Below are positions 1-9,109 of a stretch of 32,000 nucleotides of DNA, in pieces; the first letter of the stretch is position 1; each line of letters starts with the position of its first letter. The notes beneath the pieces are model-generated. The model saw only the letters and a program-made list of their open reading frames with translations. It ran no database searches and was not told where the DNA came from. Source of the DNA: Trichlorobacter lovleyi SZ (GTDB taxonomy: Bacteria; Desulfobacterota; Desulfuromonadia; Geobacterales; Pseudopelobacteraceae); contig NC_010814.1 of the NCBI RefSeq assembly GCF_000020385.1, forward strand, positions 2,160,001-2,192,000, given 5' to 3'. The translations under genes were made by a program, and so were the position numbers.

Positions 1-1389
1 GTTCCAGCGTGCTGCATCGAGGAAGCCGTGACCATGAATATCGAGAGAACCGTCGTCTTCACGCTGGGTATCATCCAGTACAATCACCTTCAGCGGCACA
101 CTTGCCTTGGGCACAAAACTGTAGCAGGCAAACCCGGCTCTGTCAGCAGCCGGAACCAGACCAAAATTGGGGTTGGAAGTAACCAGGTTAAAACCATGGC
201 CGACCGGACTGGTGGTTGTCTTGAAAAACTCCTGAATCCAATCGGTTCTAGGTAACGAGCGACGGTTGGGGTCGGCAACCACCTTGGGAGCCGTTGCGAG
301 AGTTCCTGCGAATTTTATGGTACCCAACGGAGTTGTACCGTCAATTACGCCTTGATAGTATCTGTCATTTGAATCATTCAGCCTGGTATTGTTGATATTG
401 GCCGGGAATAAGGCCGGTTGTGTAAGGGTGACGGGCGTAAGCAGGTCATTTGACACTGACCAGACCGTATCGCTAACGTATGACTCAGCAAGGCCGGCAG
501 TCTCAGAGATTGGGAATGAGCCGATCATGAAATGGTCATGATTACCAAGGGCCTGATAAAACGGGATCGATTTATCCAGACCGGCAGCCTTGAACGGCTT
601 CTGGTAATCAATGCTGTCGGCCCCGTCATGGGCACCGGAACTGGGTGTAATCACCTTACCGTCAATGATATCAAGATACCACCTGAGTTCGTTGTACATA
701 CTAGTGTTGCAGACATCACCCAGCGAAATAAAGAAATCAAAGGGATCTTTCCTATGCAGGGCATTTGCCGTCTGAATGGCCGCATCAAAGACCTGGGGGG
801 TGTACAACATAACACCGGAGTAGATGGAGCTGTTTTGCCCGGCAAAACCAGGAAGGCTTTGCTGGAGATAGATCAACTGATTGGGCGCTTCCTTGTCAGT
901 CAGATGGATATCGGTCATGGCAAAGAAGTTCAGCAGCCGTGTCTTTTTGGTAACTAATGCGGCACTATAGCCGCTTGGCATGATATCGGTCCGCTGCACG
1001 ACCGGCAGTGGCCAGTCGACATAGCTCCATTTGCCATACCCCAAAGAATCATAGTCGGCAATCCGGTACAGCTGATTCCATTTAAGCGCGCTCTTGCCAT
1101 TGGGACTGTAGAGCGGGTCAGGCGGATCAGGCATTGTACCGGGAGAAGGAGCTGCAGAAGCCGGCGTGTAAGGGAATGAGATCATCCGCTCACTGGTTTT
1201 AACCACCTTTGAATCAATCGGGTATCCGGCAATCTGGGCTGAGCTGCTACTGCTGCTGCCACATCCATAATTAAGCGAGCCCAAAGAGATACAGGCAGCT
1301 GTTCCGGCAGTGTATTTGATGAAATCCCGTCGTGAAACTTCACCGCTTTTTTTCTGTTTATTCTCCTGCATCTTGACTTCGTCACTCAT
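1..1389 (-). CDS. Tat-signal metallophosphoesterase lipoprotein (TIGR03767/TIGR03768-like), N-terminal 463 codons only; the C-terminus lies beyond the left window edge
   Basis: Absent from the ORF track because it has no stop codon in the window. Hand translation of the minus strand from ATG 1389-1387 stays open to base 1: MSDEVKMQENKQKKSGEVSRRDFIKYTAGTAACISLGSLNYGCGSSSSSS... It has a twin-arginine motif (SRRDFIKY), a lipobox-like LNYGC, and calcineurin-type motifs FAMTDIHLTDKE, SLGDVCN and LGNHDHF. It is collinear with the adjacent 595-aa paralog. Confidence 0.8.
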   Translation of the reverse strand, partial: MSDEVKMQENKQKKSGEVSRRDFIKYTAGTAACISLGSLNYGCGSSSSSSAQIAGYPIDSKVVKTSERMISFPYTPASAAPSPGTMPDPPDPLYSPNGKSALKWNQLYRIADYDSLGYGKWSYVDWPLPVVQRTDIMPSGYSAALVTKKTRLLNFFAMTDIHLTDKEAPNQLIYLQQSLPGFAGQNSSIYSGVMLYTPQVFDAAIQTANALHRKDPFDFFISLGDVCNTSMYNELRWYLDIIDGKVITPSSGAHDGADSIDYQKPFKAAGLDKSIPFYQALGNHDHFMIGSFPISETAGLAESYVSDTVWSVSNDLLTPVTLTQPALFPANINNTRLNDSNDRYYQGVIDGTTPLGTIKFAGTLATAPKVVADPNRRSLPRTDWIQEFFKTTTSPVGHGFNLVTSNPNFGLVPAADRAGFACYSFVPKASVPLKVIVLDDTQREDDGSLDIHGHGFLDAARWN

Positions 1390-1448
1390 AGAGTTCCCCT
1401 TTGCTTGGATGTTGCTGCCTGATACTCTCTGCAACCCCAGTCCCTGCA

Positions 1449-3236
1449 TTATACCGGTGTGCCTGCGTTGGCGATGACTGCCTGCATTGTTGGAGTCAAT
1501 TGTACCACCAGTTCTGCATTTATCGAGTGGGAGGTAGCATCACCCATCGGAACGTGCGCGGTGATCCGTGCCGTGGCAATGGCGTTGCCCCGCGAGGTTG
1601 TTGCCGGAGATGCAGTTGATACTGCAGGATCAACATTGGTGATGATGATTGAGACGGTGTTATTGGTGTTGCGGTAGATCCTGAAGGTGCGGAACTGCTG
1701 TGGAAAATCCCGCAGTGACGAGGTCTCAACCTCCCAGAAACTGCGGGTAGGATCGGTGGGGTGAATCTGCGGCGTAACGGTGTTCATATGGCGGTGCCCG
1801 GCAATCCACATGATCAGGTTCGGATAGCCCTGAAGCACGGATAGCAATGCATCATCATTGACAACGGAATAGACGGGCATTGGGAGAAACAGCGTCATGA
1901 TCTGAGGATTTGTGGCCACTTGGGCAGGATCCGTCACCAGGTCTTTATACACCCTGAACGGTATATGTGCTGCAATGATCATCAGCTGGTTATTGTCCTG
2001 TCCAGCCTGCAACTCTTGTTTAAGCCAATCCAGCCGGATCTGGTCAAGACTGCCGCCGGCATAGTTGGGCTGCCCGGTCCCCTTGCAGGTATCATCCAGC
2101 ACAATGACCTTGATCGGCATGTTTGCCTTGGGAACAAAGCTGTAGCAGGCAAAATCACGTGCCATGGCCGGGTCCACCAGATTAAAACCATGGCCTACCG
2201 GAGTTGATGTTGTGATAAAAAATTCCCGGATCCAGTTTTGACTTGAAGACAGGGAGGTTGAAAGCGAACGGCGGTCCGGATCGGCAACAACAGAAGGAGG
2301 TACCGGATAATTCTGCTCCGGGCCGGAAAGGATAACCGGCCCCAAGGGGTCAGAGCCATCAATTACCCCTGAGTAAAAGCCTGGTTGCCCGATACTCTGA
2401 CAATTAGCAGCCGAGTTATCCGTGGTCAGTATGCTATTGGAAATATGGGCCGCCCGGAGCAGTGGCGATTCGTAACAGGACCCCATCCAGAACTGATCAT
2501 GGTTCCCCAGCACCTGGTACCAGGGGATTGACTTGTCCAGTCCGGCTGCCTGGTACGGTTTCTGATAATCGATAAATCCGGCTCCGACATGGTCCCCAGA
2601 ACTAGGGGTGATAACCTTGCCGTCAAGCACGTCAATATACCACCTCAGCTCGTTATACTGGGTGTTGTTACAGGCATCACCAAGGGCAATGCCAAAATCA
2701 AACGGTGATGTTCTATGTACCGCATTGATGGTCTGAACAGCAGCATCAAGCAGATGGGTAGATGCCAGTATTACCGGCGAATAGGCCGACGAATTCATTG
2801 TTGTCGAGCCTGCAGCTTGACTCCACTCAAAATACAGCGGCTGGGCTGGCGACTCCTTGTCAGTAATATGCACGTCGGTTATGGTAAAAAACGACAGCAG
2901 CAATGCAGCATTCGGTGCTTTTACGGCAATGGTTTCCCACACCGTACAGGGCAATCCCGGCCCGACGTTCCATGAGCTGTAGTTATACTGGCTGTAGCGT
3001 GCCAGCTCTTTGGGTGCAATCAGTGGTGCGCCTGCCGCCACCGGAACCGGGAGGATCTGGTGTTCTGCAGTTGTATAGACTGTGTTCGAGATCGGCCATT
3101 GAATAACCTGTACCGTACTGCTGCTGCATCCGATATTCAGCGTCGTCAGATACATGCAGGCAACCGTTCCGGCTGAATATTTCACAAAATCCCGCCGTGT
3201 TACCGCACCGGACATCGTTGGATCGTTGCTTGCCAT
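1449..3236 (-). CDS. Tat-signal metallophosphoesterase lipoprotein (TIGR03767/TIGR03768-like), 595 aa
   Basis: Full ORF with an ATG at 3236 preceded by AAAGGAGA. N-terminus has TRRDFVKY (Tat motif) and LNIGCSSS (lipobox-like). Metallophosphoesterase motifs: ITDVHITDKE (DxH), ALGDACN (GD), LGNHDQF (GNHD), AAHIP and AGHRHMN (GHxH). Confidence 0.85.
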   Translation of the reverse strand: MASNDPTMSGAVTRRDFVKYSAGTVACMYLTTLNIGCSSSTVQVIQWPISNTVYTTAEHQILPVPVAAGAPLIAPKELARYSQYNYSSWNVGPGLPCTVWETIAVKAPNAALLLSFFTITDVHITDKESPAQPLYFEWSQAAGSTTMNSSAYSPVILASTHLLDAAVQTINAVHRTSPFDFGIALGDACNNTQYNELRWYIDVLDGKVITPSSGDHVGAGFIDYQKPYQAAGLDKSIPWYQVLGNHDQFWMGSCYESPLLRAAHISNSILTTDNSAANCQSIGQPGFYSGVIDGSDPLGPVILSGPEQNYPVPPSVVADPDRRSLSTSLSSSQNWIREFFITTSTPVGHGFNLVDPAMARDFACYSFVPKANMPIKVIVLDDTCKGTGQPNYAGGSLDQIRLDWLKQELQAGQDNNQLMIIAAHIPFRVYKDLVTDPAQVATNPQIMTLFLPMPVYSVVNDDALLSVLQGYPNLIMWIAGHRHMNTVTPQIHPTDPTRSFWEVETSSLRDFPQQFRTFRIYRNTNNTVSIIITNVDPAVSTASPATTSRGNAIATARITAHVPMGDATSHSINAELVVQLTPTMQAVIANAGTPV

Positions 3237-3300
3237 AACCGTCTCCTTTGTAAGGTTTTCAGCAAACTATCAGCAGGGGTCCACACACGTCATGACAATC

Positions 3301-3340
3301 AAAAAAGCCCCTTCTGCATACAACAGAAGGGGCTTTAAAA
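3301..3340 (-). terminator. Rho-independent terminator downstream of the HDOD gene
   Basis: Perfect 10-bp stem, gccccttctg (3307-3316) / cagaaggggc (3324-3333), with a 7-nt loop. The A6 run at 3301-3306 reads as a T6 run after the hairpin on the minus strand. Confidence 0.8.
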
Positions 3341-3365
3341 TAGATAATCTATCTACTGTTACTCG

Positions 3366-4205
3366 TTAAAACTCTGCTTCACGGGTCTCGATCAGAAGCG
3401 ATTCAAGCTCTGCAATCTGCAGTTCGCCAATATCAAGCACCTCTGCCTCCAGAGTCAGCTGCAGGGCCAGATCCGGTTCTTTAATCAACCCCAGACCGAC
3501 CTTGTGGCAGGCAAGGTTAACAAAGCGAACAATGGCCAGCATTTTGTTGACCGGATCCCACTCTTCAAGATGGTGATCCCTGATGACATCGCAATACATG
3601 GAGGGGAAGTTCCAGTGCTGCATCAAACGATAGCCCTGTTCAACATGCATCGCGTCAAAGATTTCCATGATCAGGTCGTCATCAAACATGGAGCTGATAA
3701 CTCCTGCCTTGACCAGCCGCTCAATCGCCTTGAGCAGGTAGAGCTTACCCACGTCATGCAGCAGGGCAGCCAGATAGATCTCATCTGCGATGCCGCGCAT
3801 ACCACAGTTGTGGGCCAGCCAGCGGGCTCCCAGAGCTGAACCGTGGCTGTGCAGCCAGAGTTCTTTCATGTAGGCATCCAGAGCCGGATTTTCAGAGGCG
3901 TGGGCCGAGGCCTGCGAAGCGGCAATGGCTATATTGATTACCTGCTGGGCACCAAGTCTGATTACCGCTTCTTTAATGGTAGCAACCTTGGTACGCCCCA
4001 TATACATCGGCGAGTTGGCCATCTTCAGCATCTGGCTGGCCAGCGACTGATCTTCGTTCGCCACCTGAGCCACTTCATCAACGGTAAAGTCATAGTCTGA
4101 CAGCATACGCTGCAGCTTCAGCGCCACCGGATGGAAGATCGGCAGCTCGATCGGTTGAGAAGCCAGTAATTTCCTGACTGTTTCAGGCAATGCTACCTGG
4201 GACAT
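3366..4205 (-). CDS. HDOD domain signal-transduction protein, 279 aa
   Basis: ATG at 4205 lies 5 nt after GGAGGG. The sequence has typical HDOD features: ...LPIFHPVALKLQRML...DEVAQVANEDQSLASQMLKMANSPMY...IKEAVIRLG... and LLHDVGKLYL. Confidence 0.85.
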   Translation of the reverse strand: MSQVALPETVRKLLASQPIELPIFHPVALKLQRMLSDYDFTVDEVAQVANEDQSLASQMLKMANSPMYMGRTKVATIKEAVIRLGAQQVINIAIAASQASAHASENPALDAYMKELWLHSHGSALGARWLAHNCGMRGIADEIYLAALLHDVGKLYLLKAIERLVKAGVISSMFDDDLIMEIFDAMHVEQGYRLMQHWNFPSMYCDVIRDHHLEEWDPVNKMLAIVRFVNLACHKVGLGLIKEPDLALQLTLEAEVLDIGELQIAELESLLIETREAEF

Positions 4206-4279
4206 GCATCCCTCCTGGGGGAACTAACCTGTAAATGTAAATTTACGTTATTTCTAAGTTAAATTAGTCAATATGTCAA

Positions 4280-4921
4280 TCAATCCCAGGAAAATTGTGC
4301 TGTTCCAAGCGTTAAATTAACGGGATACTCCCTGGCAGTTCCTTCCCTGCCCTTTTTAACCGACGTAACCTGAATCGTCCTGACATTCACAAATCCGGTT
4401 TTCGTGAAGTAGTCTTCCATCTCTGCCACACTGAAGCCGTTGTGATAAATGCCGGTTGGATCGTCATGAAAACTGCCGTCTTCCGACTCCAGGTCTGCAA
4501 TACAAAGTTGTCCGCCACTGCGCATGGCTGCATGGAAGAGTCCAAACAGCGTGCCCGGGTCAGCAATATGGTGCATGGTCATACTGCTGACAATCAGATC
4601 AAATGGTCCCGGTAAGCTAACCGGTCCAGCATGATCAAGCAGGAACGGGAGAACATTTGTTATGCCGGCATCAGCCAGTTTTGCAGTCAACTGCTCAAGC
4701 ATCCCCTGGGAACTGTCAGCCGCCACCATCTGCTGTACCAGAGGTGCAAGCGCCAATGTTACCAGACCGGTGCCGGCACCAAAATCAAGCACCCGCATCG
4801 CCTGACTCGGCCCGGCATTCCTGATGATTGCCTCACTGACGGCTGAGGCAAGCTGGACACGCCGTGGTTCCTGATCCCACCTGGCTGCCACGGCATTAAA
4901 ATCACGTAGTTGCCGGCTCAT
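4280..4921 (-). CDS. Class I SAM-dependent methyltransferase, about 213 aa
   Basis: Motif I VLDFGAGTGLVT and the usual N-terminal FNAVAARWD pattern of Methyltransf_11/25-type enzymes. I chose the internal ATG at 4921 (MSRQLRDF...). The 263-aa track ORF (to 5071) would otherwise overlap the upstream gene by 134 nt in another frame. Confidence 0.8.
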   Translation of the reverse strand: MSRQLRDFNAVAARWDQEPRRVQLASAVSEAIIRNAGPSQAMRVLDFGAGTGLVTLALAPLVQQMVAADSSQGMLEQLTAKLADAGITNVLPFLLDHAGPVSLPGPFDLIVSSMTMHHIADPGTLFGLFHAAMRSGGQLCIADLESEDGSFHDDPTGIYHNGFSVAEMEDYFTKTGFVNVRTIQVTSVKKGREGTAREYPVNLTLGTAQFSWD

Positions 4922-4937
4922 ATCCACTGTTTTACTC

Positions 4938-5324
4938 CTAACATCCACAGCCACAATTGTGGCATGTTTTTCTGAACTCAATATCCGGGGCCACGGTCTC
5001 CGGCGCAAAGGCGACTCTACGCACAGCCCGCGCAATATCCTCCATGATATCCAATCGTTCACTCTTGCCAATCAGATGACCGACACAGTGATTGTGATGA
5101 TTATCCTGTGGCGATGAGATCTTGATACAGTTCAGCAGGTCTGCATAGCTGTTGATGGTGATGGTGATTTCAGCATTAAAGACCAGTTTGACGGCAACCC
5201 CGAGCGGTTCCAGATCTGCAGTAAGCCCTGTGACAAAGGCGGTAAACGGCGCCCCCTCAAAATCAAAAAACCAGTCCTTGCGCTGATGATTCTGGCCTAA
5301 CACCGTAATGACAATCGGTTTCAT
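4938..5324 (-). CDS. Small Cys/His-rich hypothetical protein, 128 aa, possible metal-binding protein
   Basis: Its ATG overlaps the stop of the upstream gene (ATGA at 5321-5324). It has an internal His cluster (SPQDNHHNHCVGH) and a C-terminal tail, KTCHNCGCGC. I do not recognise the family. Confidence 0.55.
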   Translation of the reverse strand: MKPIVITVLGQNHQRKDWFFDFEGAPFTAFVTGLTADLEPLGVAVKLVFNAEITITINSYADLLNCIKISSPQDNHHNHCVGHLIGKSERLDIMEDIARAVRRVAFAPETVAPDIEFRKTCHNCGCGC

Positions 5325-5836
5325 ACAGTACCTTTACCTTCCTGCAGCGGACATTCCCGCTCCCAGGCATCATAGCCGTCTCCCTTCAACGCAAGAAACT
5401 GCCGGATACGCCCATGGTAATACTCTCTCAGGGCAAGCTCGGCTTCGATCAGTTGCAGCTCTTCAGCGCTGATCAGATGACGGTCTCGCAAAAAGCGGTA
5501 GAATGCATCAATGGCATCCAGATAGCGGTCCAGTACTATCGTATCCGGTTCAAGTGTGCGGGTGATATACCAGGTTGCGGCAAAACGCTTTACCAGCCCC
5601 GCCTGCGGCCGCGCCAGATTCTGCTGTGAAAAATCGATCAGGTAATCCCGCACATAGTAATCGGCACCATATGCCAGTTCCGAAGCTTTTTCAGGTGTTA
5701 GCCCACTAAGTTGCAAGTGGGAGTAGAACTGTTGCAACAAGGTGCGGCAGCGTTCATCCACACGCAATTCATCCTCAAGCGTTTCACATTCAAAATCATC
5801 ATGTACAAATACGATCTGTGGTTGTTGATCTGGCAT
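5321..5836 (-). CDS. Hypothetical protein, 171 aa
   Basis: Clean ORF with an ATG at 5836, 14 nt after the permease stop and co-oriented with it. It is acidic and looks helical. I recognise no motif. Confidence 0.6.
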   Translation of the reverse strand: MPDQQPQIVFVHDDFECETLEDELRVDERCRTLLQQFYSHLQLSGLTPEKASELAYGADYYVRDYLIDFSQQNLARPQAGLVKRFAATWYITRTLEPDTIVLDRYLDAIDAFYRFLRDRHLISAEELQLIEAELALREYYHGRIRQFLALKGDGYDAWERECPLQEGKGTV

Positions 5837-5850
5837 GGCAAAGAAGACCT

Positions 5851-6708
5851 TTAGCGGGAAGTACGCGGGTCAAGGGCATCACGAATACCCTCCCCCAGCA
5901 GATTATAGGCAAGTACCGTAATCAGGATTGCCTGACCGGGAAACAGGGAAAGCCACCAGGCAAACTCGATATAGTCTTTCCCCGAAGTTAGAATGTTGCC
6001 CCAACTGGGGGTGGGAGGCTGGACACCGATTCCCAGAAATGAGAGTGCTGACTCAGTCAGAATCGCCCCGGCAACCCCCAGGGTGGCTGCCACCAGCACT
6101 GGTGACAGGGCATTCGGCAAAATATGGCGCAGAATGATCCGCAGGTCTGAACAGCCGATGCAGCGGGCAGCCAGGATGTAGTCGGTCTCCCGAATCGTCA
6201 GGACCTCGGCGCGCACCAGACGGGCCACCCCCATCCAGCCGGTCAGACCGATCACGGCCATGATGATCCAGATCGAGGGGTTCAAAAACGCAATCACCGC
6301 AAGGATCAGAAAAAATGAAGGGAAGCAGAGCATGATATCAACACAGCGCATCAAGAGGCTGTCCACCCAGCCGCCATAATACCCGGCAACCAGCCCTACT
6401 GCCGACCCGAGCAGTACCGCAATCCCAATGGCCACAAAACCGACCTTCAGTGAAATTCTGGCCCCGAACAGAACCCGGGTCAACACATCACGACCCAGCT
6501 CATCAGTGCCGAACCAGTGGTTCCGGGAAGGGGGCTGCAAGACATCCCAGGCATTGATTGCAGAGGGGTCATAGGGGGTCAGTAAAGGGGCACACAGCGA
6601 GACAATAAACAGCAACAGCACGACCAACAGGCCGACCATGGCCATCCGGTTGCGCTTGAGACGCGGCCAGAAAACTGCTGCAAAGAATGAGGTCTTAAAT
6701 GCTGTCAT
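5851..6708 (-). CDS. ABC transporter permease, DppC/OppC/NikC family
   Basis: Family hallmark [21 protein letters not shown] after the first TM helix, a multi-TM profile, and an ATGA start/stop overlap with the upstream permease gene (6705-6708). Confidence 0.9.
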   Translation of the reverse strand: MTAFKTSFFAAVFWPRLKRNRMAMVGLLVVLLLFIVSLCAPLLTPYDPSAINAWDVLQPPSRNHWFGTDELGRDVLTRVLFGARISLKVGFVAIGIAVLLGSAVGLVAGYYGGWVDSLLMRCVDIMLCFPSFFLILAVIAFLNPSIWIIMAVIGLTGWMGVARLVRAEVLTIRETDYILAARCIGCSDLRIILRHILPNALSPVLVAATLGVAGAILTESALSFLGIGVQPPTPSWGNILTSGKDYIEFAWWLSLFPGQAILITVLAYNLLGEGIRDALDPRTSR

Positions 6709-7679
6709 TGTTGTCTGATGCGCGGATCTGCCAGTGCATAGCTGATATCGGCTATCAGGTTGCCCAGCAGGGTCAGAAAGGCACCAATCACCAGAATCCC
6801 CATGACCACCGGATAATCCCGCGACATAACCCCCTGATAGAAAAGTTGCCCCATGCCGGGGATGGCAAAGATGGTTTCAAAGATCACGCTGCCTCCAATA
6901 AGTCCCGGAATCGAAAAACCCAGCAGGGTGATCAGCGGCAAGAGGGCATTGCGCAAGGCATGTTTCCAGATAACAACCCGTTCGGACAGCCCCTTGGCCC
7001 TGGCTGTAGTGATATAGTCCTGACCGATCACCTGTAGCATTGCTGAACGCATGTAACGTGAAACACCGGCAAATGAACCGAATGAAGCTACACAGATCGG
7101 CAGGATCAGATGTTTGGTAAGATCCCAGAACCGCCCAAACCAGCTGTACGACTCATATCCCAGCGTATGCAGACCGGAGATCGGCAGCCAGTTCAGCTTG
7201 ACGCCAAAGAAATACATAAGCAACAGGGCCAACCAGAAGGTGGGCACTGCAAACCCCAGAAACACAAAAACAGTGATCCCCTTGTCAAGTATCGTATCCC
7301 TTTTTACCGCAGCCAGTACCCCGATCGGAATAGCAAGGCCAAACTCAATGATCAGGGCCACCAGATTGAGCGAAAGAGTAATCGGCAGACGTTCCTTGAT
7401 TTTGTCCAGCACCGGCCGGTTGTCACTGGAAAAGGAACGGCCCAGATCAAGACGGGCAAGTCTGCCCAACCAACTAACATACTGTTCATGGAGCGGTTTA
7501 TCCAGACCGTAAAACTTGGTCAGACGTTCTCTGGCCTCTTTGCCCACCTTCGGATTCATGGCCATCTGCATATCCACCGGCTCACCCGGTGCCAGATGGA
7601 TCACCGTAAAGGTGATCAGGGTAATCCCCAGCATCAGCGGCACCAGCATGGCTATACGTCTGAGCAGGTAGGCCGTCAT
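6705..7679 (-). CDS. ABC transporter permease, DppB/OppB/NikB family
   Basis: N-terminus [31 protein letters not shown] and a C-terminal ADPRIR tail, both typical of the DppB/OppB family. The ATG at 7679 directly abuts the rdgB stop (TAA 7680-7682). Confidence 0.9.
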   Translation of the reverse strand: MTAYLLRRIAMLVPLMLGITLITFTVIHLAPGEPVDMQMAMNPKVGKEARERLTKFYGLDKPLHEQYVSWLGRLARLDLGRSFSSDNRPVLDKIKERLPITLSLNLVALIIEFGLAIPIGVLAAVKRDTILDKGITVFVFLGFAVPTFWLALLLMYFFGVKLNWLPISGLHTLGYESYSWFGRFWDLTKHLILPICVASFGSFAGVSRYMRSAMLQVIGQDYITTARAKGLSERVVIWKHALRNALLPLITLLGFSIPGLIGGSVIFETIFAIPGMGQLFYQGVMSRDYPVVMGILVIGAFLTLLGNLIADISYALADPRIRQQ

Positions 7680-8270
7680 TTACGCACCGCCAAGAAAGTT
7701 TTTAAAGGCCCGCAGGGCCTGGCCACGATGGCTGATCCGGTTTTTTACCTCCAGAGGGAGTTCCGCCATGGTCTGCTGATACCCATTGACCAGAAAAAGC
7801 GGGTCATAGCCAAAACCATGATCACCTCTGGGCTGATCAATAATCGTCCCCCCGACCCTGCCTTCAAACAGTTGCTCAACACCATCCGGGCTGACATAGG
7901 CCATACTGCAGACAAAGGCGGCACGGCGTTCAACCTGGGACAGACCGGCCACCTCCTGCAACAGCTTGACGTTGTTGGCAGCGTCATTTGCGCCGACTCC
8001 TGCAAAACGGGCAGAGTAGACACCAGGACGGCCACCAAGACCATCCACCACCAGCCCTGAGTCATCTGCCAGAACGGCGAGTCCGGTTGCCTTGCTGGCT
8101 TCGCGGGCTTTTTTCAGGGCATTTTCGGCAAAGGTGGCACCATCTTCAACCGTTTCAGGCAGGTCCGGCAGATCAGCAGCACAGATAATCTCTTCCACCA
8201 GACCATCCAACAGAGCCTTGATCTCCTTGATCTTACCCCGGTTCCGGGTGGCAACCAGCAACTGCGTCAT
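7680..8270 (-). CDS. rdgB: Non-canonical purine NTP pyrophosphatase (RdgB/HAM1 family)
   Basis: Motifs [22 protein letters not shown] and [11 protein letters not shown], with a length of 196 aa. ATGA overlap with the rph stop (8267-8270). Confidence 0.92.
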   Translation of the reverse strand: MTQLLVATRNRGKIKEIKALLDGLVEEIICAADLPDLPETVEDGATFAENALKKAREASKATGLAVLADDSGLVVDGLGGRPGVYSARFAGVGANDAANNVKLLQEVAGLSQVERRAAFVCSMAYVSPDGVEQLFEGRVGGTIIDQPRGDHGFGYDPLFLVNGYQQTMAELPLEVKNRISHRGQALRAFKNFLGGA

Positions 8271-8983
8271 CGCGCCAGGGCCTCCTGTTGATACGTAAAC
8301 AGCTGATTAATGCCTGTCATAGCCAGACTGCGCATGGCATCCATCTGCTCCAGGGTAAACGGCTCTGCCTCGGCAGTACCCTGCACCTCCACAAAACGAC
8401 CGGAAGAGGTCATGACAAAGTTCATATCAACTTCAGCACTGGAATCTTCCTGATAGTCAAGATCAAGCACTGCCTGACCATCAACAATTCCGACACTGAC
8501 CGCGGCAACGGCCTCTTTCAAGGGGTTCCCGGTAATTTTGCCCTGGACAAGCAACGCAGAAACCGCATCAACCAGAGCCACATAGGCACCGGTAATGGAA
8601 GCGGTACGGGTACCGCCATCAGCCTGGATCACATCGCAATCCAGATAAATGGTACGTTCACCAAGCTTGGTCATGTCGGTTACAGCCCGCAGGGAACGCC
8701 CGATCAGACGCTGAATTTCAAGGGTGCGGCCGCTCTGCTTGCCCTTGGCAGCCTCACGGGAGGATCGGGTATGGGTTGCACGAGGCAACATGGAGTACTC
8801 AGCCGTGACCCAGCCGGTACCTTTACCACGCAAAAACGGGGGAACCGACTCTTCCACTGAGGCAGTGCAAATCACACGGGTATCGCCAAACTCCACCAGA
8901 ACAGCACCTTCCGGGTGCTTGATAAAGTGACGTGTCATTGTTATGGGGCGCAGGTCTGAAAGTCCCCGTCCTTGTCGTAGCAT
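8267..8983 (-). CDS. rph: Ribonuclease PH
   Basis: Near-collinear with E. coli RNase PH as I recall it: [32 protein letters not shown]...[43 protein letters not shown]...[24 protein letters not shown] placed the start at the internal ATG 8983 (MLRQGRG...). The 21-codon track extension to 9046 has no counterpart in RNase PH. Confidence 0.95.
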   Translation of the reverse strand: MLRQGRGLSDLRPITMTRHFIKHPEGAVLVEFGDTRVICTASVEESVPPFLRGKGTGWVTAEYSMLPRATHTRSSREAAKGKQSGRTLEIQRLIGRSLRAVTDMTKLGERTIYLDCDVIQADGGTRTASITGAYVALVDAVSALLVQGKITGNPLKEAVAAVSVGIVDGQAVLDLDYQEDSSAEVDMNFVMTSSGRFVEVQGTAEAEPFTLEQMDAMRSLAMTGINQLFTYQQEALAR

Positions 8984-9044
8984 CAAACGGTCTCCTCTAT
9001 CGCTTGTAATTGCAGGAAATGTACGGATACCACACTGACATGTC

Positions 9045-9080
9045 AAATAAAAAGGGGGGATCCTCCTCTGGATCCCCCCT
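9045..9080 (-). terminator. Rho-independent terminator downstream of the 51-aa zinc-ribbon ORF
   Basis: Perfect 10-bp stem, ggggggatcc (9054-9063) / ggatcccccc (9070-9079), with a 6-nt loop. On the minus strand it is followed by TTTTTATTT. Confidence 0.8.
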
Positions 9081-9109
9081 TGGTATCAGGTTACCTATTT
9101 CAGTTTGGG

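Noticed and set aside
4237-4246. A perfect palindrome GTAAATTTAC in the AT-rich spacer upstream of the HDOD gene.
   Set aside because: A 10-bp AT-rich palindrome in an AT-rich promoter region is weak evidence on its own. I recognise no matching operator consensus, and no second copy occurs in the window.
4922-5071. N-terminal extensions of the longest-ORF calls: methyltransferase to 5071, rph to 9046, GAF-HD-GYP to 21878, rmuC to 29038, hyaD to 29578, and the TTG/GTG first codons of the CarF-like, lipoprotein and cyclase ORFs.
   Set aside because: The extensions overlap neighbouring genes or the divergent mazG gene. They have no counterpart in the known families. Internal ATGs with Shine-Dalgarno sequences give family-typical N-termini.
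7110-8060. A long 316-aa ORF on the plus strand. Similar long plus-strand ORFs occur at 9938-10723 (261 aa), 11826-12452 (208 aa), 13631-14134 (167 aa), 8288-8860 (190 aa) and 29728-30312 (194 aa).
   Set aside because: Each lies entirely antisense to a minus-strand gene with clear family motifs (permease/rdgB, cimA, HD-GYP, HEAT, rph, hyaC). Their translations are low-complexity, rich in R/Q/H/G/P, with no recognisable motifs or RBS. These are typical shadow ORFs in GC-rich coding DNA.
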